NCBI GenBank assembly: GCA_964016885.1
Contig: OZ024744.1
Coordinates: forward strand, 116,622,001-116,686,000
Origin: Eledone cirrhosa
Lineage: Eukaryota
DNA: 64,000 nucleotides
Direction: 5' to 3'
Shown here: one piece after another, positions 1-14,700 of the stretch
How positions within the stretch are numbered: the first letter of the stretch is position 1
Layout of the letters: each line of letters starts with the position of its first letter
Made by a program: the position numbers and the translations under genes
Notes under the pieces: generated by a model
The model's input: only the letters and a program-made list of their open reading frames with translations
The model's database searches: none
Told to the model about the DNA's origin: nothing

Positions 1-3000
1 ATGTGAGATAATGACCAGTGTGAGATAATGACAATGTGAGATAATGACAATGTGAGATAATGACAATGTGAGATAATGACAATGTGAGATAATGACAATG
101 GGAGATAATGACAATGTGAGATAATGACAATGTGAGATAATGACCAACGTGAGATAATGAGAATGTGTGATAATGACTCACGTGAGATAATGACAATGTG
201 AGATAATGAGCAATGTGAGATAATGACAATGTGAGATAATGACAATGTGAGATAATGACAATGTGAGATAATGACCAATGTGAGATAATGACAAAGTGAG
301 ATAATGACAATGTGAGATAATGACCAATGTGAGATAATGACCAACGTGAGATAATGAGAACGTGTGATAATGACTCACGTGAGATAATGACAATGTGAGA
401 TAATGACAATGTGAGATAATGACCAATGTAAGATAATGACAATGTGAGAAAATGACAATGTGAGATAATGACAATGTGAGATAATGACAACGTGAGATAA
501 TGACAATGTGAGATAATGACAATGTGAGATAATGACAATGTGAGATAATGACAATGTGAGATAATGACAACGTGAGATAATGACAATGTGAGATAATGAC
601 AATGTGAGATAATGACAATGTGAGATAATGACAATGTGAGATAATGACAATGTGAGATAATGACAATGTGAGATAATGACAATTTGAGATAATGACAATG
701 TGAGATAATGACCAATGTGAGATAATGACAATGTGAGATAATGACAATGTGAGATAATGAGCAATGTGAGATAATGACAATGTGAGATAATGACAATGGG
801 AGATAATGACAATGTGAGATAATGACAATGTGAGATAATGACAATGTGGGATAATGACCGATTTGAGATAATGACAATGTGAGATAATGACCAATGTGAG
901 ATAATGACAATGTGAGATAATGACCAATGTGAGATAATGACAATGTGAGATAATGACCAATGTGAGATAATGACAATGTGAGATAATGACCAATGTGAGA
1001 TATTGACCAATGTGAGATAATGACCAATGTGAGATAATGACTCATGTGAGATAATGACCAATGTGAGATAATGACCAATGTGAGATAATGACAATGTGAG
1101 ATAATGACAATGTTAGATAATGACAATGTGACATAATGACAATGAGAGATAATGACCAATTTGAGATAATGACCAATTTGAGATAATGACCAATGTGAGA
1201 TAATGACAATGTGAGATAATGACAATGTGAGATAATGACAATGTGCGATAATGACAATGTGAGATAATGACCAATGTGAGATAATGAAAATGTGAGATAA
1301 TGACAATGTGAGATAATGATCAATGTGAGATAATGACAATGTTAGATAATGACAATGTGAGATACTGACAATGTGAGAGAATGACCAATGTGAGATAATG
1401 ACGATGTGAGATAATGACAATGTGAGATAATGACAATGTGAGATAATGACAATGTGAGATAATGACCAATGTGAGATAATGACAATGTGAGATAATGACA
1501 ATGTGAGATAATGACCAATGTGAGATAATGACAATGTGAGATAATGACAATGTGAGATAATGACAATGTGAGATAATGACCAATGTGAGATAATGACAAT
1601 GTGAGATAATGACCAATGTGAGATAATGACCAATGTGAGATAATGACAATGTGAGATAATGACCAATGTGAGATAATGACAATGTGAGATAATGACAATG
1701 TGAGATAATGACAATGTGAGATAATGACCAATGTGAGATAATGACAAAGTGAGATAATGACAATGTGAGATAATGACAATGTGAGATAATGACAATGTGA
1801 GAATATGAAAATGTGAGATAATGACAATGTGAGATAATGACAATGTGAGATAATGACCAATGTGAGATAATGACAAAGTGAGATAATGACAAGGTGAGAT
1901 AATGACCAATGTGAGATAATGACAATGTGAGATAATGACAATGTGAGATAATTACCAACGTGAGATAATGACAATGGGAGATAATGACAATGTGAGATAG
2001 TGACCAATGTGAGATAATGACAATGTGAGATAATGACCAATGTGAGGTAATGACAATGTGAGATAATGACCAATGTGAGATAATGACAACGTGAGATAAT
2101 GACAATGTGAGATAATGACCAATGTGAGATAATGACCAATGTGAGATAATGACAATGTGAGATAATGACAATGTGAGATAATGACCAATGTGAGATAATG
2201 ACAATGTGAGATAATGACAATGTGAGATAATGACAATGTGAGATAATGACCAATGTGAGATAATGACAATGTGAGATAATGACAATGTGAGATAATGACC
2301 AATGTGAGATAATGACCAATGTGAGATAATGAGAACGTGTGATAATGACTCACGTGAGATAATGACAATGGGAGATAATGACCAATGTGAGATAATGACC
2401 AATGTGAGATAATGAGAACATGTGATAATGATTCATGTGAGATAATGACCAATGTGAGATAATGACAATGTGAGATAATGACAATGTGAGATAATGACCA
2501 ATGTGAGATAATGACAATGTGAGATAATGACCGATGTGAGATAATGACCAATGTGAGATAATGACAATGTGAGATAATGACCAATGTGAGATAATGACAA
2601 AGTCAGATAATGACCAATGTGAGATAATGACCAATGTGAGATAATGAGCAATGTGAGATAATGACAATGTGAGATAATGACCAGTGTGAGATAATGACAA
2701 TGTGAGATAATGACAATGTGAGATAATGACAATGTGAGATAATGACAATGTGAGATAATGACAATGGGAGATAATGACAATGTGAGATAATGACAATGTG
2801 AGATAATGACCAACGTGAGATAATGAGAATGTGTGATAATGACTCACGTGAGATAATGACAATGTGAGATAATGAGCAATGTGAGATAATGACAATGTGA
2901 GATAATGACAATGTGAGATAATGACAATGTGAGATAATGACCAATGTGAGATAATGACAAAGTGAGATAATGACAATGTGAGATAATGACCAATGTGAGA

Positions 3001-5195
3001 TAATGACCAACGTGAGATAATGAGAACGTGTGATAATGACTCACGTGAGATAATGACAATGTGAGATAATGACAATGTGAGATAATGACCAATGTAAGAT
3101 AATGACAATGTGAGAAAATGACAATGTGAGATAATGACAATGTGAGATAATGACAACGTGAGATAATGACAATGTGAGATAATGACAATGTGAGATAATG
3201 ACAATGTGAGATAATGACAATGTGAGATAATGACAACGTGAGATAATGACAATGTGAGATAATGACAATGTGAGATAATGACAATGTGAGATAATGACAA
3301 TGTGAGATAATGACAATGTGAGATAATGACAATGTGAGATAATGACAATTTGAGATAATGACAATGTGAGATAATGACCAATGTGAGATAATGACAATGT
3401 GAGATAATGACAATGTGAGATAATGAGCAATGTGAGATAATGACAATGTGAGATAATGACAATGGGAGATAATGACAATGTGAGATAATGACAATGTGAG
3501 ATAATGACAATGTGGGATAATGACCGATTTGAGATAATGACAATGTGAGATAATGACCAATGTGAGATAATGACAATGTGAGATAATGACCAATGTGAGA
3601 TAATGACAATGTGAGATAATGACCAATGTGAGATAATGACAATGTGAGATAATGACCAATGTGAGATATTGACCAATGTGAGATAATGACCAATGTGAGA
3701 TAATGACTCATGTGAGATAATGACCAATGTGAGATAATGACCAATGTGAGATAATGACAATGTGAGATAATGACAATGTTAGATAATGACAATGTGACAT
3801 AATGACAATGAGAGATAATGACCAATTTGAGATAATGACCAATTTGAGATAATGACCAATGTGAGATAATGACAATGTGAGATAATGACAATGTGAGATA
3901 ATGACAATGTGAGATAATGACAATGTGAGATAATGACCAATGTGAGATAATGAAAATGTGAGATAATGACAATGTGAGATAATGATCAATGTGAGATAAT
4001 GACAATGTTAGATAATGACAATGTGAGATAATGACAATGTGAGAGAATGACCAATGTGAGATAATGACGATGTGAGATAATGACAATGTGAGATAATGAC
4101 AATGTGAGATAATGACAATGTGAGATAATGACCAATGTGAGATAATGACAATGTGAGATAATGACAATGTGAGATAATGACCAATGTGAGATAATGACAA
4201 TGTGAGATAATGACAATGTGAGATAATGACAATGTGAGATAATGACCAATGTGAGATAATGACAATGTGAGATAATGACCAATGTGAGATAATGACCAAT
4301 GTGAGATAATGACAATGTGAGATAATGACCAATGTGAGATAATGACAATGTGAGATAATGACAATGTGAGATAATGACAATGTGAGATAATGACCAATGT
4401 GAGATAATGACAAAGTGAGATAATGACAATGTGAGATAATGACAATGTGAGATAATGACAATGTGAGAATATGAAAATGTGAGATAATGACAATGTGAGA
4501 TAATGACAATGTGAGATAATGACCAATGTGAGATAATGACAAAGTGAGATAATGACAAGGTGAGATAATGACCAATGTGAGATAATGACAATGTGAGATA
4601 ATGACAATGTGAGATAATTACCAACGTGAGATAATGACAATGGGAGATAATGACAATGTGAGATAGTGACCAATGTGAGATAATGACAATGTGAGATAAT
4701 GACCAATGTGAGGTAATGACAATGTGAGATAATGACCAATGTGAGATAATGACAACGTGAGATAATGACAATGTGAGATAATGACCAATGTGAGATAATG
4801 ACCAATGTGAGATAATGACAATGTGAGATAATGACAATGTGAGATAATGACCAATGTGAGATAATGACAATGTGAGATAATGACAATGTGAGATAATGAC
4901 AATGTGAGATAATGACCAATGTGAGATAATGACAATGTGAGATAATGACAATGTGAGATAATGACCAATGTGAGATAATGACCAATGTGAGATAATGAGA
5001 ACGTGTGATAATGACTCACGTGAGATAATGACAATGGGAGATAATGACCAATGTGAGATAATGACCAATGTGAGATAATGAGAACATGTGATAATGATTC
5101 ATGTGAGATAATGACCAATGTGAGATAATGACAATGTGAGATAATGACAATGTGAGATAATGACCAATGTGAGATAATGACAATGTGAGATAATG
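1..5195. repeat. Higher-order tandem duplication, period 2666 bp (approx. 1-2530 matches 2667-5195)
   Basis: The rare variant CCAGTG occurs at 15 and 2681. ORF-track pairs 178..993/2844..3659 and 1320..2402/3986..5068 share offset 2666. A few SNPs separate the copies (e.g. GTGCGAT near 1246, GATACTG near 1364). Boundaries are approximate. Confidence 0.9.
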
Positions 5196-5759
5196 ACAAT
5201 GTGAGATAATGACAACATGAGATAATGACAACGTGAGATAATGACAATGTGAGATAAGGACAATGTGAGATAATGACAATGTGAGATAATGACAACGTGA
5301 GATAATGACAACGTGAGATAATGACAATGTGAGATAATGACAATGTGAGATAATGACAATGTGAGATAATGACAATGTGAGATAATGACAATGTGAGATA
5401 ATGACAATGTGAGATAATGACAACGTGAGATAATGACAATGTGAGATAATGACGAATGTGAGATAATGACAATGTGAGATAATGACAATGTAAGATAATG
5501 ACCAATGTGAGATAATGACAATGTGAGATAATGACCAATGTGAGGTAATGACAATGTGAGATAATGAGCCATGTGAGATAATGACAATGTGAGATAATGA
5601 CAATGTGAGATAATGACAATGTGAGATAATGACCAATGTGAGATAATGACAATGTGAGATAATGACAATGTGAGATAATGACCAATGTGAGATAATGACC
5701 AATGTGAGATAATGAGAACGTGTGATAATGACTCACGTGAGATAATGACAATGTGAGAT

Positions 5760-8700
5760 AATGACAATGTGAGATAATGACCAATGTGAGATAATGACAA
5801 TGTGAGATAATGACAATGTGAGATAATGACAATGTGAGATAATGACCAATGTGAGATAATGACAATGTGAGATAATGACCAATGTGAGATATTGACCAAT
5901 GTGAGATAATGACCAATGTGAGATAATGACTCATGTGAGATAATGACCAATGTGAGATAATGACCAATGTGAGATAATGACAATGTGAGATAATGACAAT
6001 GTGAGATAATGACAATGTGACATAATGACAATGTGAGATAATGACCAATTTGAGATAATGACCAATTTGAGATAATGACCAATGTGAGATAATGACAATG
6101 TGAGATAATGACAATGTGAGATAATGACAATGTGAGATAATGACAATGTGAGATAATGACCAATGTGAGATAATGACAATGTGAGATAATGACAATGTGA
6201 GATAATGATCAATGTGAGATAATGACAATGTGAGATAATGACAATGTGAGATAATGACAATGTGAGATAATGACCAATGTGAGATAATGACGATGTGAGA
6301 TAATGACAATGTGAGATAATGACAATGTGAGATAATGACAATGTGAGATAATGACCAATGTGAGATAATGACAATGTGAGATAATGACAATGTTAGATAA
6401 TGACCAATGTGAGATAATGACAATGTGAGATAATGACAATGTGAGATAATGACAATGTGAGATAATGACCAATGTGTGATAATGACAATGTGAGATAATG
6501 ACCAATGTGAGATAATGACCAATGTGAGATAATGACAATGTGAGATAATGACCAATGTGAGATAATGACAATGTGAGATAATGACAATGTGAGATAATGA
6601 CAATGTGAGATAATGACAATGTGAGATAATGACCAATGTGAGATAATGACAAAGTGAGATAATGACAATGTGAGATAATGACAATGTGAGATAATGACAA
6701 TGTGACATAATGAAAATGTGAGATAATGACAATGTGAGATAATGACAATGTGAGATAATGACCAATGTGAGATAATGACAAAGTGAGATAATGACAAGGT
6801 GAGATAATGACCAATGTGAGATAATGACAATGTGAGATAATGACAATGTGAGATAATGACCAACGTGAGATAATGACAATGGGAGATAATGACAATGTGA
6901 GATAGTGACCAATGTGAGATAATGACAATGTGAGATAATGACCAATGTGAGGTAATGACAATGTGAGATAATGACCAATGTGAGATAATGACAACGTGAG
7001 ATAATGACAATGTGAGATAATGACCAATGTGAGATAATGACCAATGTGAGATAATGACAATGTGAGATAATGACAATGTGAGATAATGACCAATGTGAGA
7101 TAATGACAATGTGAGATAATGACAATGTGAGATAATGACAACGTGAGATAATGACCAATGTGAGATAATGACAATGTGAGATAATGACAATGTGAGATAA
7201 TGACCAATGTGAGATAATGACCAATGTGAGATAATGAGAACGTGTGATAATGACTCACGTGAGATAATGACAATGGGAGATAATGACCAATGTGAGATAA
7301 TGACCAATGTGAGATAATGAGAACATGTGATAATGATTCATGTGAGATAATGACCAATGTGAGATAATGACAATGTGAGATAATGACAATGTGAGATAAT
7401 GACCAATGTGAGATAATGACAATGTGAGATAATGACCAATGTGAGGTAATGACAATGTGAGATAATGAGCCATGTGAGATAATGACAATGTGAGATAATG
7501 ACAATGTGAGATAATGACCAATGTGAGATAATGAGAACATGTGATAATGATTCATGTGAGATAATGACCAATGTGAGATAATGACAATGTGAGATAATGA
7601 CAATGTGAGATAAGGACAATGTGAGATAATGACAATGTGAGATAATGACAACGTGAGATAATGACAACGTGAGATAATGACAATGTGAGATAATGACAAT
7701 GTGAGATAATGACAATGTGAGATAATGACAATGTGAGATAATGACAATGTGAGATAATGACAACGTGAGATAATGACAATGTGAGATAATGACGAATGTG
7801 AGATAATGACAATGTGAGATAATGACAATGTGAGATAATGACCAATGTGAGATAATGACAATGTGAGATAATGACCAATGTGAGGTAATGACAATGTGAG
7901 ATAATGAGCAATGTGAGATAATGACAATGTGAGATAATGACAATGTGAGATAATGACAATGTGAGATAATGACCAATGTGAGATAATGACAATGTGAGAT
8001 AATGACAATGTGAGATAATGACCAATGTGAGATAATGACCAATGTGAGATAATGAGAACGTGTGATAATGACTCACGTGAGATAATGACAATGTGAGATA
8101 ATGACAATGTGAGATAATGACCAATGTGAGATAATGACAATGTGAGATAATGACAAGGTGAGATAATGACAATGTGAGATAATGACCAATGTGAGATAAT
8201 GACAATGTGAGATAACGACCAATGTGAGATAATGACCAATGTGAGATAATGAGAACATGTGATAATGACTCATGTGAGATAATGACCAATGTGAGATAAT
8301 GACAATGTGAGATAATGACAATGTGAGATAATGACCAATGTGAGATAATGACAATGTGAGATAATGACAATGTGAGATAATGACCAATGTGAGATAATGA
8401 CCAATGTGAGATAATGACAATGTGAGATAATGACAATGTGAGATAATGACAATGTGAGATAATGACCAATGTGAGATAATGACAATGTGAGATAATGACC
8501 AATGTGAGATATTGACCAATGTGAGATAATGACCAATGTGAGATAATGACTCATGTGAGATAATGACCAATGTGAGATAATGACCAATGTGAGATAATGA
8601 CAATGTGAGATAATGACAATGTGAGATAATGACAATGTGACATAATGACAATGTGAGATAATGACCAATTTGAGATAATGACCAATTTGAGATAATGACC

Positions 8701-11010
8701 AATGTGAGATAATGACAATGTGAGATAATGACAATGTGAGATAATGACAATGTGAGATAATGACAATGTGAGATAATGACCAATGTGAGATAATGACAAT
8801 GTGAGATAATGACAATGTGAGATAATGATCAATGTGAGATAATGACAATGTGAGATAATGACAATGTGAGATAATGACAATGTGAGATAATGACCAATGT
8901 GAGATAATGACGATGTGAGATAATGACAATGTGAGATAATGACAATGTGAGATAATGACAATGTGAGATAATGACCAATGTGAGATAATGACAATGTGAG
9001 ATAATGACAATGTTAGATAATGACCAATGTGAGATAATGACAATGTGAGGTAATGACAATGTGAGATAATGACAATGTGAGATAATGACCAATGTGTGAT
9101 AATGACAATGTGAGATAATGACCAATGTGAGATAATGACCAATGTGAGATAATGACAATGTGAGATAATGACCAATGTGAGATAATGACAATGTGAGATA
9201 ATGACAATGTGAGATAATGACAATGTGAGATAATGACAATGTGAGATAATGACCAATGTGAGATAATGACAAAGTGAGATAATGACAATGTGAGATAATG
9301 ACAATGTGAGATAATGACAATGTGACATAATGAAAATGTGAGATAATGACAATGTGAGATAATGACAATGTGAGATAATGACCAATGTGAGATAATGACA
9401 AAGTGAGATAATGACAAGGTGAGATAATGACCAATGTGAGATAATGACAATGTGAGATAATGACAATGTGAGATAATGACCAACGTGAGATAATGACAAT
9501 GGGAGATAATGACAATGTGAGATAGTGACCAATGTGAGATAATGACAATGTGAGATAATGACCAATGTGAGGTAATGACAATGTGAGATAATGACCAATG
9601 TGAGATAATGACAACGTGAGATAATGACAATGTGAGATAATGACCAATGTGAGATAATGACCAATGTGAGATAATGACAATGTGAGATAATGACAATGTG
9701 AGATAATGACCAATGTGAGATAATGACAATGTGAGATAATGACAATGTGAGATAATGACAATGTGAGATAATGACCAATGTGAGATAATGACAATGTGAG
9801 ATAATGACAATGTGAGATAATGACCAATGTGAGATAATGACCAATGTGAGATAATGAGAACGTGTGATAATGACTCACGTGAGATAATGACAATGGGAGA
9901 TAATGACCAATGTGAGATAATGACCAATGTGAGATAATGAGAACATGTGATAATGATTCATGTGAGATAATGACCAATGTGAGATAATGACAATGTGAGA
10001 TAATGACAATGTGAGATAATGACCAATGTGAGATAATGACAATGTGAGATAATGACCAATGTGAGGTAATGACAATGTGAGATAATGAGCCATGTGAGAT
10101 AATGACAATGTGAGATAATGACAATGTGAGATAATGACCAATGTGAGATAATGAGAACATGTGATAATGATTCATGTGAGATAATGACCAATGTGAGATA
10201 ATGACAATGTGAGATAATGACAATGTGAGATAAGGACAATGTGAGATAATGACAATGTGAGATAATGACAACGTGAGATAATGACAACGTGAGATAATGA
10301 CAATGTGAGATAATGACAATGTGAGATAATGACAATGTGAGATAATGACAATGTGAGATAATGACAATGTGAGATAATGACAACGTGAGATAATGACAAT
10401 GTGAGATAATGACGAATGTGAGATAATGACAATGTGAGATAATGACAATGTGAGATAATGACCAATGTGAGATAATGACAATGTGAGATAATGACCAATG
10501 TGAGGTAATGACAATGTGAGATAATGAGCAATGTGAGATAATGACAATGTGAGATAATGACAATGTGAGATAATGACAATGTGAGATAATGACCAATGTG
10601 AGATAATGACAATGTGAGATAATGACAATGTGAGATAATGACCAATGTGAGATAATGACCAATGTGAGATAATGAGAACGTGTGATAATGACTCACGTGA
10701 GATAATGACAATGTGAGATAATGACAATGTGAGATAATGACCAATGTGAGATAATGACAATGTGAGATAATGACAAGGTGAGATAATGACAATGTGAGAT
10801 AATGACCAATGTGAGATAATGACAATGTGAGATAACGACCAATGTGAGATAATGACCAATGTGAGATAATGAGAACATGTGATAATGACTCATGTGAGAT
10901 AATGACCAATGTGAGATAATGACAATGTGAGATAATGACAATGTGAGATAATGACCAATGTGAGATAATGACAATGTGAGATAATGACAATGTGAGATAA
11001 TGACCAATGT
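5760..11010. repeat. Higher-order tandem duplication, period 2620 bp
   Basis: ORF-track pairs 5931..6374/8551..8994, 6209..8239/8829..10859 and 7338..8042/9958..10662 all have offset 2620 and near-identical translations. Boundaries are approximate. Confidence 0.9.
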
Positions 11011-14000
11011 GAGATAATGACAATGTGAGATAATGACAATGTGAGATAATGACAACGTGAGATAATGACAATGTGAGATAATGACAATGTGAGATAATGA
11101 AAATGTGAGATAATGACAATGTGAGATAATGACAACGTGAGATAATGACAATGTGAGATAATGACAATGTGAGATAATGACAATGTGAGATAATGACAAT
11201 GTGAGATAATGACAATGTGAGATAATGACAACGTGAGATAATGACAATTTGAGATAATGACAATGTGAGATAATGACCAATGTGAGATAATGACAATGTG
11301 AGATAATGACAATGTGAGATAATGACCAATGTGAGATAATGACAATGTGAGATAATGACAATGGGAGATAATGACAATGTGAGATAATGACAATGTGAGA
11401 TAATGACAATGTGAGATAATGACCAATGTGAGATAATGACAATGTGAGATAATGACAATGTTAGATAATGACCAATGTGAGATAATGACCAATGTGAGAT
11501 AATGAGAACGTGTGATAATGACTCACGTGAGATAATGACAATGTGAGATAATGACCAATGTGAGATAATGACCAATGTGAGATAATGAGAACATGTGATA
11601 ATGACTCATGTGAGATAATGACCAATGTGAGATAATGACAATGTGAGATAATGACGATGTGAGATAATGACAATGTGAGATAATGACCAATGTGAGATAA
11701 TGACAATGTGAGATAATGACAATGTGAGATAATGACCAATGTGAGATAATGACAATGTGAGATAATGACAATGTGAGATAATGACAACGTGAGATAATGA
11801 CAATGTGAGATAATGACAATGTGAGATAATGACAATGTGAGATAATGACAATGTGAGATAATGACAACGTGAGATAATGACAATGTGAGATAATGACAAT
11901 GTGAGATAATGACAATGTGAGATAATGACAATGTGAGATAATGGCAATGTGAGATAATGACAATGTGAGATAATGACAACGTGAGATAATGACAATATGA
12001 GATAATGACAATGTGAGATAATGACAATTTGAGATAATGACAATGTGAGATAATGACCAATTTGAGATAATGACAATGTGAGATAATGACAATGTGAGAT
12101 AATGACCAATGTGAGATAATGACAATCTGAGATAATGACAATGTGAGATAATGACAATGTGAGATAATGACAATGTGAGATAATGACCAATGTGAGATAA
12201 TGACAATGTGAGATAATGACAATGTGAGATAATGACCAATGTGAGATAATGACAATGTGAGATAATGACCAATGTGAGATAATGACAATGTGAGATAATG
12301 ACCAATGTGAGATATTGAACAATGTGAGATAATGACCAATGTGAGATAATGACAATGTGTGATAATGACAATGTGAGATAATGACAATGTAAGATAATGA
12401 CAATGTGAGATAATGACCAATGTGAGATAATGACAATGTGAGATAATGACCAATGTGAGATAATGACAATGTGAGATAATGACCAATGTGAGATAATGAC
12501 AATGTGAGATAATGACCAATGTGAGATATTGACCTATGTGAGATAATGACCAATGTGAGATAATGACTCATGTGAGATAATGACCAATGTGAGATAATGA
12601 CCAATGTGAGATAATGACAATGTGAGATAATGACAATGTGAGATAATGACAATGTGACATAATGACAACGTGAGATAATGACCAATTTGAGATAATGACC
12701 AATTTGAGATAATGACCAATGTGAGATAATGACAATGTGAGATAATGACCAATGTGAGATAATGACCAATGTGAGATAATGAGAACGTGTGATAATGACT
12801 CACGTGAGATAATGACAATGTGAGATAATGACAATGTGAGATAATGACCAATGTGAGATAATGACAATGTGAGATAATGACAAGGTGAGATAATGACAAT
12901 GTGAGATAATGACCAATGTGAGATAATGACAATGTGAGATAACGACCAATGTGAGATAATGACCAATGTGAGATAATGAGAACATGTGATAATGACTCAT
13001 GTGAGATAATGACCAATGTGAGATAATGACAATGTGAGATAATGACAATGTGAGATAATGACCAATGTGAGATAATGACAATGTGAGATAATGACAATGT
13101 GAGATAATGACCAATGTGAGATAATGACAATGTGAGATAATGACAATGTGAGATAATGACAACGTGAGATAATGACAATGTGAGATAATGACAATGTGAG
13201 ATAATGAAAATGTGAGATAATGACAATGTGAGATAATGACAACGTGAGATAATGACAATGTGAGATAATGACAATGTGAGATAATGACAATGTGAGATAA
13301 TGACAATGTGAGATAATGACAATGTGAGATAATGACAACGTGAGATAATGACAATTTGAGATAATGACAATGTGAGATAATGACCAATGTGAGATAATGA
13401 CAATGTGAGATAATGACAATGTGAGATAATGACCAATGTGAGATAATGACAATGTGAGATAATGACAATGGGAGATAATGACAATGTGAGATAATGACAA
13501 TGTGAGATAATGACAATGTGAGATAATGACCAATGTGAGATAATGACAATGTGAGATAATGACAATGTTAGATAATGACCAATGTGAGATAATGACCAAT
13601 GTGAGATAATGAGAACGTGTGATAATGACTCACGTGAGATAATGACAATGTGAGATAATGACCAATGTGAGATAATGACCAATGTGAGATAATGAGAACA
13701 TGTGATAATGACTCATGTGAGATAATGACCAATGTGAGATAATGACAATGTGAGATAATGACGATGTGAGATAATGACAATGTGAGATAATGACCAATGT
13801 GAGATAATGACAATGTGAGATAATGACAATGTGAGATAATGACCAATGTGAGATAATGACAATGTGAGATAATGACAATGTGAGATAATGACAACGTGAG
13901 ATAATGACAATGTGAGATAATGACAATGTGAGATAATGACAATGTGAGATAATGACAATGTGAGATAATGACAACGTGAGTTAATGACAATGTGAGATAA

Positions 14001-14700
14001 TGACAATGTGAGATAATGACAATGTGAGATAATGACAATGTGAGATAATGACAATGTGAGATAATGACAATCTGAGATAATGACAATGGGAGATAATGAC
14101 AATGTGAGATAATGACAATGTGAGATAATGACAATGTGAGATAATGACCAATGTGAGATAATGACAATGTGAGATAATGACAATGTGAGATAATGACCAA
14201 TGTGAGATAATGACAATGTGAGATAATGACCAATGTGAGATAATGACAATGTGAGATAATGACCAATGTGAGATATTGACCAATGTGAGATAATGACCAA
14301 TGTGAGATAATGACAATGTGTGATAATGACAATGTGAGATAATGACAATGTAAGATAATGACAATGTGAGATAATGACCAATGTGAGATAATGACAATGT
14401 GAGATAATGACCAATGTGAGATAATGACAATGTGAGATAATGACCAATGTGAGATAATGACAATGTGAGATAATGACCAATGTGAGATATTGACCTATGT
14501 GAGATAATGACCAATGTGAGATAATGACTCATGTGAGATAATGACCAATGTGAGATAATGACCAATGTGAGATAATGACAATGTGAGATAATGACAATGT
14601 GAGATAATGACAATGTGACATAATGACAACGTGAGATAATGACCATTTTGAGATAATGACCAATTTGAGATAATGACCTATGTGAGATAATGACAATGTG
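10640..14700. repeat. Imperfect higher-order duplication, offset 2107 bp in its first half
   Basis: Pairs 10693..11442/12800..13549 and 10890..11492/12997..13599 have offset 2107. The offset shrinks to ~1960 further on (TATTGACCTA marker near 12527 vs 14488), implying monomer loss or gain. Confidence 0.8.

Noticed and set aside
1-11010. Multi-kb duplications as pure assembly artefacts
   Set aside because: Copies differ by scattered SNPs and monomer indels and have varied periods, which favours real duplications. Long-read confirmation is still needed.
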